NCBI GenBank assembly: GCA_964583985.1
Contig: CAZOYD010000049.1
Coordinates: forward strand, 1 to 18,897
Source: an uncultured archaeon
Lineage (GTDB): Archaea > Asgardarchaeota > Lokiarchaeia > Sigyniarchaeales > SOKP01
Length of the DNA: 18,897 nt
Direction: 5' to 3'
The notes under the pieces were generated by a model. It searched no databases. It was not told the DNA's origin and was given only the letters and a program-made list of their open reading frames with translations. The first letter of the stretch is position 1. Every line of letters starts with the position of its first letter. Positions 8,329-16,604 of this stretch are shown one piece after another. The position numbers were made by a program, and so were the translations under genes.

Positions 8329-8964
8329 ATGGAGTATGAGAAGTTAACAGAACTTATAATTGAATTGGAAGTAGACGATATAGAAGCAGCTGTAAAAGAA
8401 GCTTTAGACGTAGATGGAAAGGATCCATTTGAGGTTTTAAATGCTTTGACAAAAGGCATGGATGAAGTTGGCCGTCGATACGAAGAAAAGGAATATTATT
8501 TGACAGAATTAGTTTTAGCAGGAGAAACAATGAAAGAGGCTTTTAAAGTGCTTCAACCAGCTTTAGCAGCAGCAGATCAATCAGTAGATAAAACTAAGAT
8601 AATAATAGCCACAGTACAGGGAGACAATCATGATATTGGAAAGAATATCTTAGGATCATTATTGCTTAGTAGTGGTTTTGAAGTATATGATTTAGGAATG
8701 GATGTTGATGAAAAAGTCATTGTTGAAAAAGTAAAAGAAACAGGGGCCACAATCGTTGCATTAAGCTCCCTATTAACAATGACCGTAGAACATATTAAAA
8801 CCACTCATGAAGCTCTAAAATCCGCAGGTCTTCGAGACAAGGTAAAATTAATCGTTGGTGGAGCTCCATTGAATATGGAACTTGCTAAACGATTGGGCGC
8901 TGATGATTTCGCAGATGATGCCGTCGATGGAGTGAGACATATTAAAATTTTAGCGGGAGAATAA
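8329..8964 (+). CDS. Corrinoid (B12-binding) methyltransferase cognate protein, MtaC/MtbC/MttC family
   Basis: N-terminal cap (LTKGMDEVGRRYE..YYLTELVLAG), B12-binding motif DxHxxG (GDNHDIGKNI), SxL (LSSLLT), and VGGA. Confidence 0.93.
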   Translation: MEYEKLTELIIELEVDDIEAAVKEALDVDGKDPFEVLNALTKGMDEVGRRYEEKEYYLTELVLAGETMKEAFKVLQPALAAADQSVDKTKIIIATVQGDNHDIGKNILGSLLLSSGFEVYDLGMDVDEKVIVEKVKETGATIVALSSLLTMTVEHIKTTHEALKSAGLRDKVKLIVGGAPLNMELAKRLGADDFADDAVDGVRHIKILAGE

Positions 8965-8983
8965 CTAGTTCATTTACTTATTT

Positions 8984-9013
8984 ATTATTGTCTTTATGAC
9001 TAAAGATCATAAT
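8984..9013. terminator. Hairpin between convergent genes, possible terminator
   Basis: ATTAT-TG-TCTTTA [TGAC] TAAAGA-TC-ATAAT, followed by T-tracts on + and A-tracts near 9075-9087. Confidence 0.3.
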
Positions 9014-9092
9014 TATTATTTTAATTTCTTTTTTCAAAAACTATTGATTTGAGCCTTTTTCGTTGAGCTAATATAAAAAAGAAAAAATTAAG

Positions 9093-10460
9093 TTATAATT
9101 TAAGTTCTATCACTCTTTCTTGATGATCCTTAACTTTATCTGGGGTTAATTTGTAGTATTTCCAAAATATAATAGTACCAATTAACATTACTATCGCTGG
9201 AATAAGTGCGAAGTGTAGGCTAATTCCAAATAATGCGACTTCAGAGTAAGGATCAACAGTGAATCCGGTTATAATATGAATAATTGAAAAAGAAGCAGCT
9301 TGCATTAAAATTCCTAACCGTCCGAAGAATTGCAGGAATCCATTATAAATTCCTTCTTGTCTCTTACCAGAAATAACTACAGATTCATCTATCACATCGC
9401 CCAAAACTGGTGCTATCATTGTCCAATATCCTCCTTCACCAACACCCCACAAAACTATAGGTAACAATATAAAAACCCAATTATCTATGAACATTAACGG
9501 CACTGTCGTAGCAACCAGTACTATGCTCGAAATTAACATTACTTTTTTGTTGTTATTTGTGCGTTGTGCTAGCAAGGCCCAGAGAGGTGAACTAATCAGG
9601 GCACCAATAAGAAAACTCGCCGATAGATAGGTCATAATCGTTTCTTGTTCCCCCATTACAAATGTAACGACATAATATATGGAACCTTGTATTGAAATTA
9701 TGAGGAAACGGTAAAACGTGTAGCTAATAATGAAAACTACAAAATTCTTTTGCTTCAATGAACCCATTAATGCTCTAAAGAATTTCGTGTCCGTCTCGCG
9801 ATTTTTTTCTTTTGAAAGGTATTTGTCAATAGTTACTTGATCTTCTCGACAGCCTGGTATTGCTAAAGCGAGTGCTATTAATCCTCCAATACTCATAATA
9901 ATCCCTTGCAGTATAAATGTAGAGGGAAAAGCATCATCTACTATTAGAGGAGGAATGATAAACCCTAATGCAATTCCAATGATTCCTATAGGTGTTTGAA
10001 TTGCAGTAGCAGTTCTTCTTTCTTTAACAGATCTAAATTTATCTGGATACAGGCTGACATAATTGATAAAAAAAATCGAATTAAAGAGATCGAAAAGACA
10101 TGTAGAAAATATTAACCATAAGAAGAGTATTAAAGGTTCCGAACCCGGGGGTGTGAAAATTAGAGTATAACTCAGGACATAAGGAATTCCACCGATGATG
10201 ATCCATGGAAAACGACGACCCCATCTCCGTGTAAATTTAAATGGGCGGTTAGTTAGAAATCCCATAATGGGATCATTAACCGCATTCCATATTGCGAAAA
10301 TGCCAAAACCAATACCCACCCAAAGAGGATTTAAGTGTAAAACGGATTCATAAAACGCGAATCCCCATGTAGCGAAAGCCATTTCAATGAATTCACTTAG
10401 GAACTTCGAGAATCCATACGAGGCCATGTTTAATTTCGAATGTGTTAATTCACTTTCCAT
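9093..10460 (-). CDS. MFS transporter, GPH (MelB-like glycoside/pentoside/hexuronide:cation symporter) family
   Basis: WNAVNDPIMG, RWGRRFPWI, GDVIDE...G.RQEGIY motifs, about 12 TM. Start placed at ATG 10460 (MESELTHSK); the track extends to 10541 through AT-rich promoter-like sequence. Confidence 0.92.
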   Translation of the reverse strand: MESELTHSKLNMASYGFSKFLSEFIEMAFATWGFAFYESVLHLNPLWVGIGFGIFAIWNAVNDPIMGFLTNRPFKFTRRWGRRFPWIIIGGIPYVLSYTLIFTPPGSEPLILFLWLIFSTCLFDLFNSIFFINYVSLYPDKFRSVKERRTATAIQTPIGIIGIALGFIIPPLIVDDAFPSTFILQGIIMSIGGLIALALAIPGCREDQVTIDKYLSKEKNRETDTKFFRALMGSLKQKNFVVFIISYTFYRFLIISIQGSIYYVVTFVMGEQETIMTYLSASFLIGALISSPLWALLAQRTNNNKKVMLISSIVLVATTVPLMFIDNWVFILLPIVLWGVGEGGYWTMIAPVLGDVIDESVVISGKRQEGIYNGFLQFFGRLGILMQAASFSIIHIITGFTVDPYSEVALFGISLHFALIPAIVMLIGTIIFWKYYKLTPDKVKDHQERVIELKL

Positions 10461-10639
10461 CGTAAAAACCTTTTTTTTAGAATTATGAAAATTAATGATA
10501 AATTGTTCTAACTTTATATAAATTTGATTGTGATCTAGCATTTCCCATTTTTATTTTAAATATAAAGATCTTTTTTTTTTAACTTATATACGAATTCTGC
10601 TTGCTCTAAAACATAATAAAATATAAAAAACAGATTTTA

Positions 10640-11116
10640 ATGGTCAAAATCTTTCATATTTATATGGATAAAGTTACTCAAAATGACGAATTCAATCAAG
10701 CTATACGAAAATTATTCCACGGAGAAATCATGGAAAGAGCTGCTGCTGCAAGAAAATTAGGGCATCTAAAAGAGGGGCGTGCGGTTAATCTTTTAATCAC
10801 GGCTTTAGATAAAGAAAACGATGGAGTGGTAATAAATCGCATAATCGAGGCAATGGGAGACATTAGGAATCCAAAAGCTACATTATCAATACTTAAATTC
10901 TTGTCTGAAGAGCTAGAAAAACCAGAAGAAAATCAAGATAAAGCAAGATTATTCTTAATCATTGACAGCTTAATGAAAATAGGAGATAAACGCGCTTTAC
11001 AATATTTAGGGATTTTAATTGAGTCTTGTGATGCTGATATTAGAGATCGTACCGAAAAAGCATTTGAATGTATTGATGTTAACTGGCGTGAAAATATTAA
11101 AAAATCAAAAATCTAA
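10640..11116 (+). CDS. HEAT-repeat (PBS-lyase-like) protein
   Basis: ERAAAARKLGHLKEGRAVNLLITAL, IIEAMGDIRNPKA, LMKIGDKRALQYL repeats. Start may be ATG 10664. Confidence 0.85.
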   Translation: MVKIFHIYMDKVTQNDEFNQAIRKLFHGEIMERAAAARKLGHLKEGRAVNLLITALDKENDGVVINRIIEAMGDIRNPKATLSILKFLSEELEKPEENQDKARLFLIIDSLMKIGDKRALQYLGILIESCDADIRDRTEKAFECIDVNWRENIKKSKI

Positions 11117-11134
11117 AAATAATTTTAATTTATA

Positions 11135-11144
11135 AACCTTAATT
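11135..11144 (+). promoter_or_regulatory. AACCTTAATT motif, copy 2
   Basis: Lies 53 nt upstream of the glutaredoxin-FTR pair. Confidence 0.3.
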
Positions 11145-11197
11145 TAATATCATTTAAATCGTTCTTTGAATTAAATAACAAAAAACAACACATCTTA

Positions 11198-11509
11198 ATG
11201 ATTATGATTCCAGAATTTATTGTGGAACTTTTTAATGAAGTCGATGGTAAGAATGATTCTCATGAAGTGAGCATTTATACCCTATCAACTTGCATGTGGT
11301 GCAAGAAATGCAAAGCTTACCTAAAAGACAAAGATATAAAATATAAATACATTGACATAGATAACCTTTCATTAAAACAGAAGTCAGATGTTCTTGAATA
11401 TCTCAGAGAGAGGTATAAGCCAGATAGAATTGCTTATCCATTCTTAGTATGTGATGATAAATTTGTGGTTGGATATGATCCAAATAAATATGAGGAGATA
11501 ATGAAATAA
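11198..11509 (+). CDS. Glutaredoxin / NrdH-like redoxin
   Basis: IYTLSTCMWCKKCK (CxxC), YKYIDID, cis-Pro motif AYPFL, VVGYD. Confidence 0.92.
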   Translation: MIMIPEFIVELFNEVDGKNDSHEVSIYTLSTCMWCKKCKAYLKDKDIKYKYIDIDNLSLKQKSDVLEYLRERYKPDRIAYPFLVCDDKFVVGYDPNKYEEIMK

Positions 11510-11525
11510 GAGTGGATTTATTATT

Positions 11526-11891
11526 ATGGACATGAACACAAAAGAAGGAATGACGGAATATTGTAATAAAGTGGCTCAAAAGAATCATTGGATTTTAAAC
11601 AAAGAAAAAGCTACTTTAAATGAATTGCTTGATGGTTTAATTGTAAACAAAAATAAGTACGGATACCAATCCTGTCCTTGCCGATTAGCTTCAGGGAATA
11701 GAGATTTGGATAGAGACTTGATATGTCCATGCAATTATTCTCCCTTGGATGTTAAAGAGTATGGTACTTGTTATTGTAATCTCTACATGCGTGCTGATTT
11801 CTATGAAACTATAGATAAACCTTTTGTTTTAGTACCAGAACGCAGACCTAGGGAAAAAGATCAAGCTGTTATAGCTTATCTTAATAAATAA
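11526..11891 (+). CDS. Ferredoxin:thioredoxin (glutaredoxin) reductase catalytic subunit
   Basis: YGYQSCPCR ... LICPC ... GTCYCNLY: the CPC/CPC/CxC signature of the FTR catalytic beta family. Starts 16 bp after the glutaredoxin. Confidence 0.95.
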   Translation: MDMNTKEGMTEYCNKVAQKNHWILNKEKATLNELLDGLIVNKNKYGYQSCPCRLASGNRDLDRDLICPCNYSPLDVKEYGTCYCNLYMRADFYETIDKPFVLVPERRPREKDQAVIAYLNK

Positions 11892-11970
11892 ACGGAATAT
11901 TTTTTCCAATCTTATCTTTAAATATTTCATAACTAGAATCCTTAAATATTCTCATGACTGTTTTATAATT

Positions 11971-12129
11971 ATGACTGATAAAGAATTATCTGATGATGAA
12001 TTAGAGGACGAATTGGAGAAAGCGCTAAAAGCAAATGAAACAAAGCGAGATCATTGTGGAACAGCAATTCCAAGTAGTAAAGAAGTAGGAATCCAACGAA
12101 CTGATGTTAAACTTAAAGAAAAAAAATAA
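11971..12129 (+). CDS. Small (52 aa) charged protein with a single Cys, unknown function
   Basis: Not in the ORF track. MTDKELSDDELEDELEKALKANETKRDHCGTAIPSSKEVGIQRTDVKLKEKK*. GAA/GAT/AAA-rich codon usage like its neighbours; fills the gap after FTR and converges with the next gene. Confidence 0.65.
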   Translation: MTDKELSDDELEDELEKALKANETKRDHCGTAIPSSKEVGIQRTDVKLKEKK

Positions 12130-12145
12130 TAATTAGAAAAAAAGG

Positions 12146-13204
12146 TTATTTTATATTTTTTTCTTCTGCTAATATTTTTAATTTACTTTTCGCCCCAATC
12201 TCATTGAATCGACTGGGTTCTATTTCAATGTTTTTTCCTGTTAATGCATTAACAATTGTTGCTGCGAGTATACCCCAAGGACATATTGAATTAGTTAGCT
12301 CTGTTGGCTTCATATAAGACCTAACAACGGCAGTAGAACAATTAATTGATTCGACAGTGAATTCATTTTCAGATATCCAATCGATTTTAAGCTTTTCTGC
12401 CATACCTATGTTCTCAAATTTTTGCATTGCAATCTTCATCGCTTCATTGAGATTATAATTTTTTAATTCTTCTAAATCTAATCCAATATATTTTGAATAT
12501 CTTTCCAGAAATTCATAAGTTTTTGGAAAAACATATTTATATAGAACGGGAGCTCCAACTAATTCTTTTGCACTCCTTTCATAACCAAAAGTAATTCCAT
12601 GTAGAATCATTGCCACACCGTGTAGATTAATTCTTTTTTCTGAACTACTAAACCTCTCTCCCTTAAGCAATACAATAAGATAGAGACAAATTCCAAATAG
12701 AAATGGAATTATTGCAGCCCATAGGAATGTATTTGGAATTATATTGAGGGTGATCGGGGAAAAATTTATGGTTACAAAATAATAGTTTACTAAACTTGTC
12801 CAATGAGATAAACTCCATCCCAATACGCCAAGGGGGCCAATATACTTTCCATACTTGTAAATCACATCTTTTTTATAACGAGCAATTGATATCTTTAAAG
12901 TTACGAGGACTAAAGCACTAAATCCACCTATCCAAGAGTGAGCCCAGACACCTGAAGGTATATATAATAGTGGATTATTTGCTTGAACATAAAGAGCAAA
13001 CATGTACAAGCATTGGATAGTTATTATGTAGAAGATTAATCCTTCAATCTTTCCAAAAATTTTATGATATTTAACAGTCCTAACGTCTCCTTTAAGATTA
13101 TTTAAATCTTTAATACTTGTTAATCCTATTAATGCATTAGCCACAACAAAGGAATAACCTACGATTGTTTGGAGGATCATTAATTCGACCCATATTGCTG
13201 GCAT
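12146..13204 (-). CDS. Membrane protein: His-containing 5-TM domain (DUF6529/cytochrome b561-like) fused to a C-terminal V4R/Bet3-like domain
   Basis: TM region with YHKIFG, QCL, WAHSWIG, LKISIAR, SHWTS. Soluble domain with FENIGMA...FTVESINC...ICPWGILAATIVNALTG typical of V4R-fold proteins. Shine-Dalgarno GGTGG 7 nt upstream of the ATG. Confidence 0.65.
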   Translation of the reverse strand: MPAIWVELMILQTIVGYSFVVANALIGLTSIKDLNNLKGDVRTVKYHKIFGKIEGLIFYIITIQCLYMFALYVQANNPLLYIPSGVWAHSWIGGFSALVLVTLKISIARYKKDVIYKYGKYIGPLGVLGWSLSHWTSLVNYYFVTINFSPITLNIIPNTFLWAAIIPFLFGICLYLIVLLKGERFSSSEKRINLHGVAMILHGITFGYERSAKELVGAPVLYKYVFPKTYEFLERYSKYIGLDLEELKNYNLNEAMKIAMQKFENIGMAEKLKIDWISENEFTVESINCSTAVVRSYMKPTELTNSICPWGILAATIVNALTGKNIEIEPSRFNEIGAKSKLKILAEEKNIK

Positions 13205-13211
13205 GATTTTT

Positions 13212-13216
13212 CCACC
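13212..13216 (-). promoter_or_regulatory. Shine-Dalgarno GGTGG
   Basis: Minus strand reads GGTGG-aaaaatc-ATG (7-nt spacer) at the 13204 start. Confidence 0.6.
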
Positions 13217-13314
13217 AATAATAAATCTATAATCAAATTAATGAATTTTTTTGATTATAAATATAACTATTGCAATTATTTAAATTTCAAAACACTATTT
13301 TAATAGCAGCATTT

Positions 13315-14418
13315 TTATAATTGTTCAATAACTGAGAAACATATCTTTTGAATATCCATAAAATTTGTAAAGGCTCCAGTATTTCCAATAAGAATTAAAC
13401 CAAATTTATTGAAATTCACGCAAATGATTGTTAAATTTTCTCCTCCAATAGCCCAATTAAATAATATCTTGTTGTAGATTTCTTTAGATGCTTTTCTTGA
13501 CGCTGTTAAAAAGCTAATAATTTCTGGAATAAATTCAGAGTAATCATCACTATTATCTATAATCTTTGTATATTGTATTTTACCATCGATATCGACAATA
13601 AAAAGTTGCTTGATTTTATTATTTAGCTCAATATTCTTAAAAAGGTGAATATTTTTATCAATTTTTTTGAAACTCTTTTCTTTCTTATGGAAATATTCTT
13701 CGGACATTAATTCTTCTTCAATATTTTCTATTTGCTGATATTGTTTTATTATAAGAATTTTTTTTCTTAATTCCACTGTCATAGTATCTTTTTGAACGGT
13801 ATTGAATAGGAACCAATTAATTTCTTCACTTAAATTTGTATTATATAATAATTTAGCAGAATTTAATAACAGTGGAATCAGATAAATTATTTTTTCTTTA
13901 TTTATGTAATGCTTAGCTTGAATATAAAAAATCTTTCCATCTTTCGGTTCAAGATAAATTATTGATTTTAATAGCTTATCCTCATTAACTTTTTGAATTA
14001 ATTCTGCTAATATATCTAATCCCAATCCTTCAATTATTTCTTTGAGTTTCTCATTAAAATTACGGAATATGGTGATGCCCCCATCAAATTCTTTGTTTAA
14101 ATGTCCTTTAAATTCACTCGTAAATTGATCCATAACTTTATGGATGAATAGATGCAAGAGATCAATTAAATTGTCATTTTTTGTAGTCACTACAAAAGTA
14201 AGATTTTGCACGAACTCATCGAACTTTTCAAAAATAATTGTGGTTTCTTTTAATTTTAAAGATTTTATATCTTCTCCTCGTTCAACGGAAGCGAAACTGT
14301 TTAATGCTGTTAAAAATCCGCTTAATAAATCATCCTTACCCTCATCAATAGCCATTTCAGGATGCCAGTTAAATAAAAGTGCACCCGATTCATTTATTAT
14401 TAGTAAATCATCAATCAT
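13315..14418 (-). CDS. Longin-domain protein with two additional roadblock/longin-like domains
   Basis: Residues 1 to about 130: IDDLLIINESGALLF...DLLSGFLTALNSFA...IKSLKL...FDG....F..F, the Asgard longin pattern. Two further units start with a similar beta-hairpin (KSIIYLEPKDGKIFY; KQLFIVDIDGKIQY). Confidence 0.75.
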   Translation of the reverse strand: MIDDLLIINESGALLFNWHPEMAIDEGKDDLLSGFLTALNSFASVERGEDIKSLKLKETTIIFEKFDEFVQNLTFVVTTKNDNLIDLLHLFIHKVMDQFTSEFKGHLNKEFDGGITIFRNFNEKLKEIIEGLGLDILAELIQKVNEDKLLKSIIYLEPKDGKIFYIQAKHYINKEKIIYLIPLLLNSAKLLYNTNLSEEINWFLFNTVQKDTMTVELRKKILIIKQYQQIENIEEELMSEEYFHKKEKSFKKIDKNIHLFKNIELNNKIKQLFIVDIDGKIQYTKIIDNSDDYSEFIPEIISFLTASRKASKEIYNKILFNWAIGGENLTIICVNFNKFGLILIGNTGAFTNFMDIQKICFSVIEQL

Positions 14419-14543
14419 AATTAAAAAAATAAATTAAAGTTAGTCTTAATTATTAATATATTCTTTTTTGAAAAATATATTGTTAATTATTCGTTTATAA
14501 TCTTTAAACCCAATTTTTAATAGTAATTACATACTTCAAATAT

Positions 14544-15542
14544 TTGGTGGAAACAGTGGTGAAAGAAAGGATTAAAGGTAGAAAGAATTACCCTACAGAA
14601 GAAATTGATCCAGAGAATTTTCTATCTGATGAGAAAATAAGCGAATTAATTCAAAATAAGGAAAAATTTCAATTTTCTAATGAAGATTATTATCAGATAT
14701 ATAATTGCGTTGATTGTGGAGAATGCAAAACTGAAGAAGAGAGAATTCAGTTAAAGGAGAAGTTTCTCAAAGATGGAAATATATTTGAAGGATTAAAGGA
14801 ATTAAAAGAATGTTTTCAGAAGAATCGAACCCCATATCCTTCTAAAAAGATGCGTATTAAACGTCCTGAAGGAATTCCAGAGACATCCGACACGTTGTTT
14901 TTTATGGGTTGTCTTTCAACAATAAGAATTCCCCGATATACGGAGCATTCCCTTCAATATCTTCTCAAACAAGACATCGATTTTACCATTTTAGATGAGG
15001 AAATCTGTTGTGGATGGCCGTGGTTTGCAAGTGGTTCAATGGAAGAGTTTGAAATATGTAAAAAGGAAAACATTGAAATTTTTCACAAGTTTAGGAAGAT
15101 AATTTGCTTGTGTCCTGCGTGTTATTTTCTATTTAGTAAATATTATGCCCCAGAAATGAAAAATAAAATCGAATTTGTCTATATTAGTGATTATTTGAGA
15201 CCTTCTAAAGACAAAAAGAAAGGGAATATAGGAGTACAACATTTATGTCAACTTATTAACAGGGGTAGAGAAGGTGTGGATAAAATGGTTGATAAAATAC
15301 TCCAAAAAAGTGGATATGACGTAAAAAATATTCCAATGTGGTGTTGTGGGGGTGGCATAGGATACATGCATCGCACGGACATTATAGAGGCAATTGCTCA
15401 TAAGAGAATGGAGGATTTTGACAAAGATGAGATCGATTATGCAACGACTTATTGTCCTAGTTGTTGGTGGATTTTAGCACGGTTTAGCAAGATCTGTAAA
15501 ATAAAACCAAAAGCTAAGGATATATTCGAATTACTACTTTAA
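14544..15542 (+). CDS. CCG-domain Fe-S oxidoreductase (HdrD/HdrB/GlpC-like), paralog 1
   Basis: CVDCGEC, then two CCG domains (GC-X31-CCG...CPAC and HLC...CCGGG...CPSC). True start may be GTG 14556/14559 after GGTGG. Confidence 0.88.
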   Translation: MVETVVKERIKGRKNYPTEEIDPENFLSDEKISELIQNKEKFQFSNEDYYQIYNCVDCGECKTEEERIQLKEKFLKDGNIFEGLKELKECFQKNRTPYPSKKMRIKRPEGIPETSDTLFFMGCLSTIRIPRYTEHSLQYLLKQDIDFTILDEEICCGWPWFASGSMEEFEICKKENIEIFHKFRKIICLCPACYFLFSKYYAPEMKNKIEFVYISDYLRPSKDKKKGNIGVQHLCQLINRGREGVDKMVDKILQKSGYDVKNIPMWCCGGGIGYMHRTDIIEAIAHKRMEDFDKDEIDYATTYCPSCWWILARFSKICKIKPKAKDIFELLL

Positions 15543-15550
15543 ATTAGATC

Positions 15551-16543
15551 ATGAATGAAGATTTTGATTGTCCCTGTGAAAAAGCTGATCCTGATCATTT
15601 CTTGACAAATCAAGATGTACTAAATCTCCTTAAAGATGCAAATTCTTATTCATTCAAGCAAGAGGACTATTTTAAGATATATAATTGCGTTCATTGTGGA
15701 GCTTGTGGTATGCAATTTGAACGTTTCTTGCTTAAACAAAAATTTTTAAAAGATGGTAATGAGATTGAAGGACTAAATTCATTAATTGAAGCTTTAAAGG
15801 TATTTGGAACACCATTTATAAAAAATAAAAGCCGAGTTAAACTACCCGATGGAATACCAAAGGAAAGTGATACTTTACTATATTTTGGGTGTTTTACCAC
15901 GGTCAAAACACCTAAATACGCTGAAAACATTGCGCGTTATTTAATTAAAAACAATATTAATTTTACCATAATTGAACAAGAAATGTGTTGTGGATATCCA
16001 ATCTTATGTACAGGGGAATTAAAAACGTATGAACTATTAGTGGAGAAAAATAAGCAAATATTCATTCAAAACGGTTATAAGACAATAATTACGACTTGTC
16101 CCAGTTGTTACATGATTTTTAAAAAGCATTATAGTGAACTTGGGATTGATATTAAGTATTTTACGCAATACTTAACTCCCTTAAATGAAAAAAAGACAGG
16201 AAACTTGGTGATTCAACATGCCTGTCCCATGAAGTATATTGAATCTCCAGATATAGAGAACCAATTAAATGATATTTATGAAAGAAGCGGTTATAAAGTC
16301 TTTGATGTACCTCATGCTTGTTGTGGAGGTGGTGTGGGACACCAGCTAAGAGTAGATATTGCTGAGAAGATTGCTCTTAAGAGGATGGAGGATTTTATTG
16401 AATTTGAAAATAATTTACCCCCCGAAAATTGTCATGGATATTTAACAACTTATTGTCCCGATGCATTTTGGATAATGAAATTTTACGGAAGAAAGAAGTT
16501 GATTAACCTCAAACTCAAAGATCCATGTGAATTACTATTATAA
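15551..16543 (+). CDS. CCG-domain Fe-S oxidoreductase (HdrD/HdrB/GlpC-like), paralog 2
   Basis: N-terminal CPC, CVHCGAC, FGC...CCGYP...CPSC, HAC...CCGGG...CPDA. Colinear with paralog 1; 8-bp gap. Confidence 0.88.
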   Translation: MNEDFDCPCEKADPDHFLTNQDVLNLLKDANSYSFKQEDYFKIYNCVHCGACGMQFERFLLKQKFLKDGNEIEGLNSLIEALKVFGTPFIKNKSRVKLPDGIPKESDTLLYFGCFTTVKTPKYAENIARYLIKNNINFTIIEQEMCCGYPILCTGELKTYELLVEKNKQIFIQNGYKTIITTCPSCYMIFKKHYSELGIDIKYFTQYLTPLNEKKTGNLVIQHACPMKYIESPDIENQLNDIYERSGYKVFDVPHACCGGGVGHQLRVDIAEKIALKRMEDFIEFENNLPPENCHGYLTTYCPDAFWIMKFYGRKKLINLKLKDPCELLL

Positions 16544-16604
16544 AAAATCCATCTTAGAATCATTTCAAATTTCCGATTCATTGACCAATTTTGTCAATTT
16601 TTTA

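Noticed and set aside
10461-10541. 27-aa N-terminal extension of the MFS ORF in the track
   Set aside because: AT-rich promoter-like sequence; GPH similarity begins after Met at 10460.
11971-12129. Resemblance of ELSDDELE to double-glycine/Nif11 RiPP leaders or to Pup
   Set aside because: No GG cleavage site, no C-terminal GGE/GGQ, and no modifying enzyme, peptidase-ABC exporter or PafA nearby.
709-15930. Short track ORFs antisense to real genes (709-903, 2940-3194, 3812-4018, 4516-4713, 6347-6610, 7591-7824, 11403-11588, 14144-14437, 15691-15930)
   Set aside because: All are antisense shadows of well-supported CDSs, with F/L/I/S-rich composition and no motifs.
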